DNA of 35,224 bases from an uncultured archaeon (lineage in GTDB: Archaea; Asgardarchaeota; Heimdallarchaeia; Heimdallarchaeales; Heimdallarchaeaceae). Below the pieces are notes generated by a model. It was not told the DNA's origin. It did not search any database and saw only the letters and a program-made list of their open reading frames with translations. Positions 1 to 8,391 of this stretch are shown piece after piece; position 1 is the stretch's first letter; every line of letters begins with the position of its first letter. The stretch lies in NCBI GenBank assembly GCA_964534625.1, contig CAZHRF010000016.1, positions 23,616 through 58,839 on the forward strand. The letters are read 5' to 3'. Position numbers and translations under genes: made by a program.

Positions 1-154
1 CCGAACCTGAAGTTACTCCCACACCCGAACCTGAAGTTACTCCCACACCCGAACCTGAAGTTACTCCCACACCCGAACCTGAAGTTACTCCCACACCCGA
101 ACCTGAAGTTACTCCCACACCCGAACCTGAAGTTACTCCCACACCCGAACCTGA
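1..154 (+). repeat. Perfect 24-bp coding tandem repeat CCGAACCTGAAGTTACTCCCACAC, 6 full copies plus a partial copy, running off the window edge
   Basis: Identical units start at 1, 25, 49, 73, 97 and 121, with a partial unit at 145-154. There are no spacers. Confidence 0.98.
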
Positions 155-467
155 GAAGCCCACGAAACCCGTGAAACCTGAGCTGACAGAGGAGGAGCTT
201 GCTGAAAAAAGAAAACAAGAAATTATCCAAAAAATGTTAGCTGAAACAAAAGCACGAGAAGAAAAAGAAACTGTTAAGATAAGAAAAGTAGATGCTCATG
301 GAAAGAGGGCATATTCGGCGGTTATTTTTGGACAAGAATCGCAAAGAAACATCAAAAAATGGAAAAAACTTGAGAAGAAAAGACAAAGGAAAAAAAGAGG
401 AAACTTTTTCCAACGATTATTTGGACTAGGTAAAAATAAAGAAAAAAAATCTGATGAAGATAATTAA
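1..467 (+). CDS. Partial (5'-truncated) protein: (EPEVTPTP)n low-complexity linker, charged coiled region and C-terminal basic/amphipathic tail
   Basis: The frame of the 171..467 ORF is open back to the window edge. Codons from position 3 read GAA CCT GAA GTT ACT CCC ACA CCC = EPEVTPTP x6, then EPEKPTKPVKPELTEEE..., so the GTG at 171 is internal. Confidence 0.85.
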   Translation, partial: EPEVTPTPEPEVTPTPEPEVTPTPEPEVTPTPEPEVTPTPEPEVTPTPEPEKPTKPVKPELTEEELAEKRKQEIIQKMLAETKAREEKETVKIRKVDAHGKRAYSAVIFGQESQRNIKKWKKLEKKRQRKKRGNFFQRLFGLGKNKEKKSDEDN

Positions 468-626
468 AATTCAGAATTTGATACTCTAGAACCAATCATT
501 TTTGTATTTTACCTGTTTTTGTAATAAACTTCCAACTTCAAAATACTTAATAAAGAAAACAACATAAAATTAGTAGTCATATATTTTGGTTATTACTAAA
601 TTGGAAAAATAAATTGGTTGATAGAA

Positions 627-1706
627 ATGAATACTACAACTCTAAACTGGTCTAAGTTCATAGGTTTTTGTCTTTTTACATTAGAAGAAGAACTCATATT
701 CGATAAAGTAATAAATAGTCATTCGTCATTTTCAACAATATATCATATAATAGATACAAGTCAAGAAACAAGAGAAGAAGTAAATAAATCAGGAAAAGTA
801 ACAACTATAAATGAGATATTCAGAGTTGATTATTATCTTATCTATAATATTGTTTTTGGAGTTATGTTTCAGCCAGATGTAGATACGGAAAATGCTCATA
901 AAATTAGTGACATCATTAAAAGAGAACTGCTAAAACACTTGAAAGACTATGGTGCAGTAGAAAAAATGGAACCAGAATCACAAACTGCTCTTATAAAACG
1001 ATTAGGTAGTATGGTTGCAGAACGTACTAGTACTGAATTGAAACAAATGATTACGAGTCAGAAACAAAAAGAACAAGCATTAGAACAAGCAAAGACATTC
1101 GATAAATTGACTCAGCCAGAAAAGGAAGTAGATAAAAAAATCAAACATGTTTCTCCAGAAACAGAAAAAAAACAAATAAGCTATAAGGATCAAGAAAAAA
1201 GGAGAAAAACGGGGAGTGATTCTGACAAGTTAGGTGATGTCGGAAGTTTATTGGATTTTATAGGATACCAGAGTCAAGAAATTGCTGGGAAAGAAATAGA
1301 GAAGAAAAAAGCAGAATTAACAGAACAAGTCTTAGAAGAAACAAAAAAAGACTCGATTAAAAGGCTCTTGTCGTCCGTCATCAAGGGATTAGATGATAAA
1401 ACTGGCGTATGTTTTGTATATTTGGCGGTTTCAGGTAGTTTAGAAACATTAAGTTATGGGATGTCAGAAAAACACGCATCATTTGTTCTGGGAATACTAA
1501 GTAAATATCCAGAAATTATTCGGCAAATTTTACAAGGAGAAGATGAGAAGTCATTAGACGCTGGAGATGGATATGTTGTTTTAGAAGAAGCTGAAGTGGG
1601 AATTCTAGTGAGTATTACCAGACAAAAAGAAGAAATTAATGAAATTTCTAAAAGATTTAAAGTAGTTAAAACCATGATTAATGAATTCCTTAAATCGTCA
1701 TTTTAA
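627..1706 (+). CDS. Hypothetical protein: possible longin-like N-terminal domain, charged linker, C-terminal roadblock-like domain (paralogue A)
   Basis: Long ORF (ATG 627, alternative TTG 618). Its C-terminal LSKYPEIIRQILQGEDEKSLDAGDGYVVLE motif is shared with the two neighbouring ORFs. Confidence 0.7.
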   Translation: MNTTTLNWSKFIGFCLFTLEEELIFDKVINSHSSFSTIYHIIDTSQETREEVNKSGKVTTINEIFRVDYYLIYNIVFGVMFQPDVDTENAHKISDIIKRELLKHLKDYGAVEKMEPESQTALIKRLGSMVAERTSTELKQMITSQKQKEQALEQAKTFDKLTQPEKEVDKKIKHVSPETEKKQISYKDQEKRRKTGSDSDKLGDVGSLLDFIGYQSQEIAGKEIEKKKAELTEQVLEETKKDSIKRLLSSVIKGLDDKTGVCFVYLAVSGSLETLSYGMSEKHASFVLGILSKYPEIIRQILQGEDEKSLDAGDGYVVLEEAEVGILVSITRQKEEINEISKRFKVVKTMINEFLKSSF

Positions 1707-1849
1707 ATAAGATTGATTTGAAAGCATGAGACCACTAGTATTATGATAGATCTAATTTGATGATTACTTAATTCATCTAGTCAGTATCTAATTTGATCGT
1801 TCCTAATTGTTCTGTGGTATATCTATATAATAAAATAGAATTGTTTTCG

Positions 1850-2410
1850 CTAATTCTTTTTTAAGAGATAGTTGTCTTTAACTACTTTTTGCACGTGATT
1901 GAGACGTCTTGCCAACTCGTCTACATCCTTGTTTTTTTCAACTATACCTACAAGATAACTATCACTTCGACAGTTTTCAAGCACAACATAGCCTATTCCA
2001 CTATCTAAAACTTTGATCTCATCTTCGGATCCAAGTAAATCATTAATTACCGGAGGATATTTCCTAAAAATTTCTACAATTTTTATGGCTATTTCTTTTT
2101 TTAATGGTCCTCGAATAATTACTTTGGTATCTTTCGAATCAGGATGAGGAATTAGTGCAGCAGATGAGAGCGATTCAAAATCAGAGGCAATACTTTCAAG
2201 CAATGCATCTATTGTTAGTCTAATCGCTTTTTGTACATCTACTTCTGATGATGTTTGCGCTAGAAACTCTCTTAGATATTTACCAGATTCCAACTGGTCT
2301 TTAGATATTTGTGCTTGTTCGTATGATTCAGCTAATTCCAGAAGTTTGTCTTTTGGTGTTTTTCTTCTTTTCCTAGTACTGATGTTTTTTTTCGATAAAT
2401 TATCTACCAT
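1850..2410 (-). CDS. Hypothetical protein with C-terminal roadblock-like domain (paralogue B)
   Basis: FRKYPPVINDLLGSEDEIKVLDSGIGYVVLENC motif matches both neighbours. Likely start is ATG 2410 (MVDNLSKK); the track's GTG 2464 is an alternative. Confidence 0.7.
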   Translation of the reverse strand: MVDNLSKKNISTRKRRKTPKDKLLELAESYEQAQISKDQLESGKYLREFLAQTSSEVDVQKAIRLTIDALLESIASDFESLSSAALIPHPDSKDTKVIIRGPLKKEIAIKIVEIFRKYPPVINDLLGSEDEIKVLDSGIGYVVLENCRSDSYLVGIVEKNKDVDELARRLNHVQKVVKDNYLLKKN

Positions 2411-2542
2411 AGTGCTGTCAATCTGAAATAGGATAATTAGACTAAAAAATGTTTTGGAGCTCACTTGTAATTTTTGTAACCATTTGTGTACGCTTTACAC
2501 TATATTTATTAAACAAATAATATAACTATTATATTAGATTTC

Positions 2543-3598
2543 ATGTCTGACCTCAGAATTGTGCTTGATAATATTGATGGTAGTTCTCTAGATAGAATAT
2601 CTGGTATAATAGTATATAATAGGGAAGGAAAAATAATAGTAGAGAAATATTATGATATCTCTGAACTGGAGTATGAATTTATTGAAACCAACTTTAGAAA
2701 CATTACGGTAGAATTTTATAATTGGATAAACGGTTATGATGAGATAACCCTTTTCCGAGGGTTATTAAGAGCAACTTTTGTCAAAATGTTTGATTCAACT
2801 TTTTTATTCGTCTCCGATGCTAATGTGGACATCAAGAAAGTTCAATCTTGCATTAGTTCAACAATTAAACAAATTTGTTTAGAAATCTTGAAAGATGCAA
2901 AAAATAAACCTTACAACTTTAGAGAAATTGTAGGTAATATTATTACTGATTACGATAAAGTATTGAAGACTGTTGAGCATATTCTAAAAAGAATGAACAT
3001 TGATCCTAATATTATCCAATCGGATATAAACTCTATTTCTACTTCTATTACATCTGAAAAAAGTGAACAACCTCTTTCTTCTGCAAAAGAGATTGATTAT
3101 ATATCATCTGAGCGGAGAAAGAAAAGAGAATATGATAGTGTAATTTATGATACCATTAAGCCTTTTGACGAATCAATTGTTCCAACTGTTGAAAAAAATC
3201 AGATGTCAGAAGAAATACTTACAACTGCTTCAAAAAAAGCAATTAAATCGTTGCTCTTTTCAATAATAAAAGCAACTAAATATCCTTCTGCTGCTACATA
3301 TATATACCCAAAAAATCACGGTACAATTGCTGAGATTTATGTTGGTAATATTGCAGAAAAAAAAATTCTTTATGTTTTAGAAACCCTTTCTAAATATCCA
3401 AGAGTTATTAATGAGATTTTGGAATCAGAAGAAGAAAACAAAATTCTAAATGCGGGAGATAATATTGTACAAGTCATATTAGAAAACTGTAGAGAAGGAA
3501 AATTATTGATTGGGATAACATCACAAATAGAAGATGTATCTATCGTAGCCAAAAACATGAAAGTTATTAGAGAAATAATAATCGGATTTGGTTTCTGA
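2543..3598 (+). CDS. Longin-like N-terminal domain plus C-terminal roadblock-like domain protein (paralogue C)
   Basis: N-terminal ISGIIVYNREGKIIVEKYYD resembles the beta1-beta2 hairpin of longin domains (AP sigma/mu, zeta-COP type). C-terminal LSKYPRVINEILESEEENKILNAGDNIVQVILENC matches the neighbours. Confidence 0.7.
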   Translation: MSDLRIVLDNIDGSSLDRISGIIVYNREGKIIVEKYYDISELEYEFIETNFRNITVEFYNWINGYDEITLFRGLLRATFVKMFDSTFLFVSDANVDIKKVQSCISSTIKQICLEILKDAKNKPYNFREIVGNIITDYDKVLKTVEHILKRMNIDPNIIQSDINSISTSITSEKSEQPLSSAKEIDYISSERRKKREYDSVIYDTIKPFDESIVPTVEKNQMSEEILTTASKKAIKSLLFSIIKATKYPSAATYIYPKNHGTIAEIYVGNIAEKKILYVLETLSKYPRVINEILESEEENKILNAGDNIVQVILENCREGKLLIGITSQIEDVSIVAKNMKVIREIIIGFGF

Positions 3599-3642
3599 AT
3601 GTATAAAAGAGAATGAATTTGAAACGTTTTAATCTCTTTCAA

Positions 3643-4374
3643 TCAATAATTATTTTTATCTTCTACTATCTTACCATCTCTCATGAAAATTTGTCTAGGG
3701 GCTAGTTTTGCTTGATTTTGGTTATGGGTGACATAGACAAGTGTTTTGCCTTTTTTTTCACTCACTTCCAGTAATAACGACATAATTTTTCCCCCAGTTA
3801 CTGTATCTAAATTGCCTGTGGGTTCATCTGCCAATATTATTTTTGGTTCATTGGCGAGGGCTCTAGCAAATGCAACACGTTGTTGTTCTCCTCCACTTAA
3901 TTGATCTGGTTTGTGATCGCTTCTGTCTTCTAGTTCCACGAGTTTTAAAAGATCATTCACTCGTTTTATTCTTTTTTTCTTCTCGACTTTTGCTAGTATC
4001 ATTGGCATTTCTATATTTTTAGCCGCTGATAGTTCATCAAGTAGATTAAAACTTTGGAAAACATATCCAATTGTTTCTCTACGTAAATGGCTTAATTCAG
4101 AATCAGTCAATTTCTTAAGCTCTAAATCATGCACTTTGATACTCCCCTCATCAACATAATCGAGGGCACCAATAAGATTTAGTAGAGTGGTTTTTCCTGA
4201 TCCGCTAGGACCCACAATAGAAACGATTTGTCCTTGGTAGATTTGTAAATTTATGTTATTTACAGCTTTAACTTCGACTTCACCCATCATGTATCTCTTA
4301 GAAACGTTTTTGATTTCTATAGCATTCTTATTAATGTTAAAGGGAGCAAAGGGTATTTTTATATCTGTTTCCAT
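3643..4374 (-). CDS. ABC transporter ATP-binding protein, LolD/MacB/FtsE family
   Basis: Walker A GPSGSGKT, Q-loop GYVFQSFNL, signature LSGGEQQRVA, Walker B ILADEPTGNLD, H-loop VTH. Confidence 0.95.
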   Translation of the reverse strand: METDIKIPFAPFNINKNAIEIKNVSKRYMMGEVEVKAVNNINLQIYQGQIVSIVGPSGSGKTTLLNLIGALDYVDEGSIKVHDLELKKLTDSELSHLRRETIGYVFQSFNLLDELSAAKNIEMPMILAKVEKKKRIKRVNDLLKLVELEDRSDHKPDQLSGGEQQRVAFARALANEPKIILADEPTGNLDTVTGGKIMSLLLEVSEKKGKTLVYVTHNQNQAKLAPRQIFMRDGKIVEDKNNY

Positions 4375-4414
4375 GTAAAAACATCCTAATGTTTGCTTTA
4401 TTTATTTCTATTGG

Positions 4415-4720
4415 TTAATGAAATCTCTTTTTCATTCTTTTAAATTCTGATATCCAAGAGTTTTCCAAATCAATTTCTAATATTAAACATAACTGAAGAA
4501 ATAAAGAAAAAGCTTGCGCAATTTCTTGTGGTAATTCCTCTGTTTTAGGTTTTTTATGTCCCATCTCTTCTTTTTTATAACCTGTTTGAAAGAGTATGTG
4601 TTTACCAATCTCTCCAAGTTCTTCTTGTAAGTGAATAAAAACATCAGAAGGAGAAAAATTTAACCATCCTCTATCTTCTAAGAAGGCTTCTAAGTTTTCT
4701 TGTATTTCCTTTAATTCCAC
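4415..4720 (-). CDS. MazG-like nucleotide pyrophosphohydrolase
   Basis: About 100 aa, all-alpha, with HLQEELGEI and EIAQ motifs plus RGW and IDLE. Likely GTG start at 4720 just after the upstream stop. The second acidic motif (usually ExxD) is EIAQ, so activity may be altered. Confidence 0.75.
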   Translation of the reverse strand: MELKEIQENLEAFLEDRGWLNFSPSDVFIHLQEELGEIGKHILFQTGYKKEEMGHKKPKTEELPQEIAQAFSLFLQLCLILEIDLENSWISEFKRMKKRFH

Positions 4721-4730
4721 ATCTATCCCT

Positions 4731-6794
4731 CTAAGCAATTTTTTCTACAAGCAGTTCTTCATTTATTTTTTGCTTACATACCGGACATTCTTCTTTAATT
4801 TGTAACCATTGAAGTAGATGTCCTTTATGGGAAAGATTATCACAATTAGGACATTTATAGACTTTTTGATTTTTCTTTATAATCCCATTGCAAACAGTAC
4901 AAATTGGAGGCTGTTTTGAACAATTTGGACACATGACTCCTAATTGCTCAAGAGGATGACCACAAAATAAACATTTGTGCTTTTTAGCGGGAAGTATTAG
5001 ATCTCCATCTTTTTTAAATACTCTTAATGATATTTCGCCCTTATAATATCCAAACGCAAGCAGCTGACATATGATTTTAAAAACAGTTGATCTTGTTATA
5101 CCCAACGTATCAGATATATGTTTAATCTTTATTTTATTTCCTCTCTTCTCAATTTCATTGACAATATTCAAATAATAATTGCCTAAATCTCTTAGTTCCC
5201 TATTTGGTTTGAAATTGTATTGATGTAGCACCTTAACTCTAAATAAAGATAATTCAGTTGTTATTAATCCCGCTCCTGTTAGTTCATAGATAATATTTTT
5301 AACCGCCTTTCTAGATTTGTTCCAGATATGTTCTATTTTTATTATTGGCACCTTTTTATTGGAAATCAAAAACCCAAAAATTTCTTGATAATAGATGGGA
5401 AAATCTGTTAATTGATTTAAAATTGGTATAGAAGGGATATCCGTCGGAATAAGTTTATCACCTTCCACACGGCCTTTAATTATATCTTTACCTAAAAAAG
5501 AATACATCTTCTCTTTGGCAAAAAAACTATCAATACCCAAGGCCTCTGTAACATCTTTAGCTGAAATTTTCTTGTTTGCAATAACCATACCAAGTATTAA
5601 TTTTTCCCAACGTTCAAGTGAACCTTCAGTTCCTTTGGTATAACGTTTAACTTCTTCAACAATTACTTTTTTTCCATCTAAATAACAGGTAATAAATCCT
5701 TCAAAATGAAGATCAATCAAAGCTTCTACAACTTCGGAGGGAGTATTATTAACAACCATTGCAAGTTTTGATAGTTTAATACTATGAGTTGTATAAAGGA
5801 CCCCCATAATTGCTTGGTAATTAATCATTGATAATGTTCCAATTTCATCAATGGTTTTAGTTGGTGTGAATGTTGGGATATGTAAAGGAACTATTTCTTC
5901 TTTTTCATTAAAAACGCATTGAAATGACCCTTGAGCAGTGTATCTTGATAATATTTTAAGGGTGTAATTAGGTGATAAATTAAGAAAGAATGAAAGTTCA
6001 TTTAGTTTGACTTTTCTTTTTATGACAAGATATCCAATTAAAAGTTTATTTTCTCTTGTTAATTTGTCTAACTCCAGTTTTTTTGGTTTGATTAGGAAAC
6101 GCAATATTGTAAAATGGACTGTGCTTTTTCTAAAAAATCGAGCCTCTAATTTTACCTCGCTTTCAAGTTGTCTATGCAATATTAAATGAGATAACTTCAT
6201 TAATATAACATCAGATTGGATCTTAGTATACTTGGCGATTTCATGTAAATCAGTCTCTCTAAGCATCATAGAAACTCCAACAATAAATAAATCATCATCA
6301 GAAACAGCTAATCGTGTTTTTGGATCCCACACCCAATCCATTAATAATATATTTTCACTTAAGCGCCCTATAAATAACCCATTACATATTAACTTTTGCA
6401 GTATAATATTCATTTTTTCTTTAGATATATCTAGAACATTTACTAAATCTGTAAGTAAATGTTTTTTATTGGCAACAAAAAATCCCAAAATTGTTTTTTC
6501 TTCATCAGATGTGTTTTTACTATGAATAATCGGGTGTTTCATAATAGATCCTACGATGAACATCTTTCCTTCATAAAACCCTCTTAATACCATAGCTTTA
6601 ATTAATAATTGAATAAACTCTTTCAAATCATTTTCTGTAATATTGAGATCTTTGGAGCATTTGCTTACATCAAGTTGTCTGTATAATAAAAGTCGTGTTA
6701 TTATGATTGATTTAATAGCAGTAGATAGTTGGAAAATCGACCCATTATAGTTTGAATAATTAATATGGTATATGTCATCTCTGGTATATTGCAT
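4731..6794 (-). CDS. Tandem winged-helix (PCI-like) repeat protein with C-terminal zinc finger + RING, putative E3 ligase/scaffold
   Basis: Repeated ~75-aa units ending in PCI/WH-like motifs (LICNGLFIGRLSENILLM, LHFEGFITCYLDGKKVIV, FLGKDIIKGRVEGDKLI, LLAFGYYKGEIS). C-terminus has CxxC-CxxC, then CxxC...CxxC-x4-HxxH-x3-W-x6-CPxC. Confidence 0.75.
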   Translation of the reverse strand: MQYTRDDIYHINYSNYNGSIFQLSTAIKSIIITRLLLYRQLDVSKCSKDLNITENDLKEFIQLLIKAMVLRGFYEGKMFIVGSIMKHPIIHSKNTSDEEKTILGFFVANKKHLLTDLVNVLDISKEKMNIILQKLICNGLFIGRLSENILLMDWVWDPKTRLAVSDDDLFIVGVSMMLRETDLHEIAKYTKIQSDVILMKLSHLILHRQLESEVKLEARFFRKSTVHFTILRFLIKPKKLELDKLTRENKLLIGYLVIKRKVKLNELSFFLNLSPNYTLKILSRYTAQGSFQCVFNEKEEIVPLHIPTFTPTKTIDEIGTLSMINYQAIMGVLYTTHSIKLSKLAMVVNNTPSEVVEALIDLHFEGFITCYLDGKKVIVEEVKRYTKGTEGSLERWEKLILGMVIANKKISAKDVTEALGIDSFFAKEKMYSFLGKDIIKGRVEGDKLIPTDIPSIPILNQLTDFPIYYQEIFGFLISNKKVPIIKIEHIWNKSRKAVKNIIYELTGAGLITTELSLFRVKVLHQYNFKPNRELRDLGNYYLNIVNEIEKRGNKIKIKHISDTLGITRSTVFKIICQLLAFGYYKGEISLRVFKKDGDLILPAKKHKCLFCGHPLEQLGVMCPNCSKQPPICTVCNGIIKKNQKVYKCPNCDNLSHKGHLLQWLQIKEECPVCKQKINEELLVEKIA

Positions 6795-6871
6795 TGAAAC
6801 CCCCTTTTACTAAGAAAAAGACTTCAGATTATTTAAAAGTTATCTAATAGAAAAGAAAAATCAAAAAAGAG

Positions 6872-8167
6872 TTAAGCTCTGAGTAAGTATTTAGTTAGTT
6901 CCCACTCATATTCTTGTTCTTCTCCTTGTTTTTTCACTTTTTTATATTCCTCTAGTTCTTTCTTTTTGTTAGCAATAAATAAATCAACAATATCTTTCCC
7001 TATCGCCTTTTTGACAAAATCACTTTGTTCAAGATATCCAATCGCCTCTTCCAAACTTTCTGGGAGTTGTACTATACCTAACTCATTTTTCTCTTGTTTG
7101 GTCATTTTTTCAACATTTTTGATAGTTGGTGCAATTGGTTCTATTTTATTTTTTATACCCTCAAGACCAGCTTCGAGCAATAAAGCTTGTACCAAGTATA
7201 TGTTAGCTGAACAATCTGCTGCTCTATATTCGATTCGAGCATCATCTTCGTAACCCGGAACACGTATTAATGCCGTTCTATTACCTATCCCCCATGCTTT
7301 ATGAACGGGTGCTTCATGACCTGGCACGAGCCTTTTGTAAGAGTTAGTTGTTGGATTAAAGAAAGCGGTCATCTCATCAACATATTTTAAAATTCCTCCG
7401 ACAAAGTAGCGTAATAAATCGCTAATTCCTTTTTCTTTATCTGAAAAGATATTTACACTGTTTTTGGTTAAATATTGGTGAACATGTAGACCACTACCAG
7501 CTTGATCTGGGAAAGGTTTTGCCATAAAAGAGCAAATTATTCCTTCGAAGGCTGATTCTGTTTTTGCAATTATTTTAGATGTTTGAACGTTGTCTCCATG
7601 TATTAAGGCATCAGTGGGAGTAAATTCGATTTCTTGTTGACCATATCCACATTCGTGATGGATGGTTTTTACTCCCATTTCCATATCCATCATATCTTCA
7701 GCAATAAGCCTTCTTAAATAGCCATATACATCTAATGGGGCTGTGTCCATATATTCTCCATCATCGCTTGGTAATCCATCTTCATCTATGAAAAACCATT
7801 CTAGTTCTGGTCGGGTTTTATATTCATACCCCATCTTTTTAGCTTTAGCAATTGATCTCTTTAATATCCCTCTAGGGCATGTGGGATGAGGGTTTCCATT
7901 GTTATCTAACATATCACAGATGAACCTCCCCACTGTTGGTTCCCATGGTAAGATAGCAAATGTATCTAAATCAGGTTTCACTCGCATATCGGATTGTTCT
8001 GTTGAGAGAAAACCAAGTGACGATCCATCTACACCAGTACCTTGTTGCATTTTTGGCCAAATCTCTGCTGGAAATTCAACTGATTTTAGTTCTCCAAGTG
8101 CTGTTGTAAATTGAAATTGGATGAATTTTACACCTTTCTCTTTAAAAAAATCTACATTAAAAGTCAT
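6872..8167 (-). CDS. glnA: Glutamine synthetase type I family protein
   Basis: DGSS, QSDM, PELEWF, HHECGYGQQEIEF, FMAKPFPDQAGSGLHVHQ, NSYKRLVPGHEAP, NRTALIRVP and RIEYR motifs. A GS-like gamma-glutamyl ligase cannot be excluded. Confidence 0.88.
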   Translation of the reverse strand: MTFNVDFFKEKGVKFIQFQFTTALGELKSVEFPAEIWPKMQQGTGVDGSSLGFLSTEQSDMRVKPDLDTFAILPWEPTVGRFICDMLDNNGNPHPTCPRGILKRSIAKAKKMGYEYKTRPELEWFFIDEDGLPSDDGEYMDTAPLDVYGYLRRLIAEDMMDMEMGVKTIHHECGYGQQEIEFTPTDALIHGDNVQTSKIIAKTESAFEGIICSFMAKPFPDQAGSGLHVHQYLTKNSVNIFSDKEKGISDLLRYFVGGILKYVDEMTAFFNPTTNSYKRLVPGHEAPVHKAWGIGNRTALIRVPGYEDDARIEYRAADCSANIYLVQALLLEAGLEGIKNKIEPIAPTIKNVEKMTKQEKNELGIVQLPESLEEAIGYLEQSDFVKKAIGKDIVDLFIANKKKELEEYKKVKKQGEEQEYEWELTKYLLRA

Positions 8168-8391
8168 GATTAATATTCAACTCTTTAGAAGTATTTAAGA
8201 ATTCTAATATGTCAGCTTTAAAAATTCTTTTGTTATATTCCTAAAATTAGACTTAAAATTATTGTACAAATGAGTATTCTGTAAGCTCAATAAAGTTAAG
8301 ATACACAACACATAAAAATGTTATAAGGAATTGACACACAAGCCATAAATAATAAAAACATATTAGAAATAACAAACAAAAGTGAAGAGTC

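Noticed and set aside
1-154. Possible CRISPR array
   Set aside because: The units are contiguous with no unique spacers, the length is a multiple of 3, and the repeat is in frame with the downstream ORF.
1750-1797. 12-bp direct repeat ATCTAATTTGAT (1750-1761 and 1786-1797) between convergent genes
   Set aside because: Only two copies in AT-rich DNA. This is not enough to call a mini-array, target-site duplication or operator.
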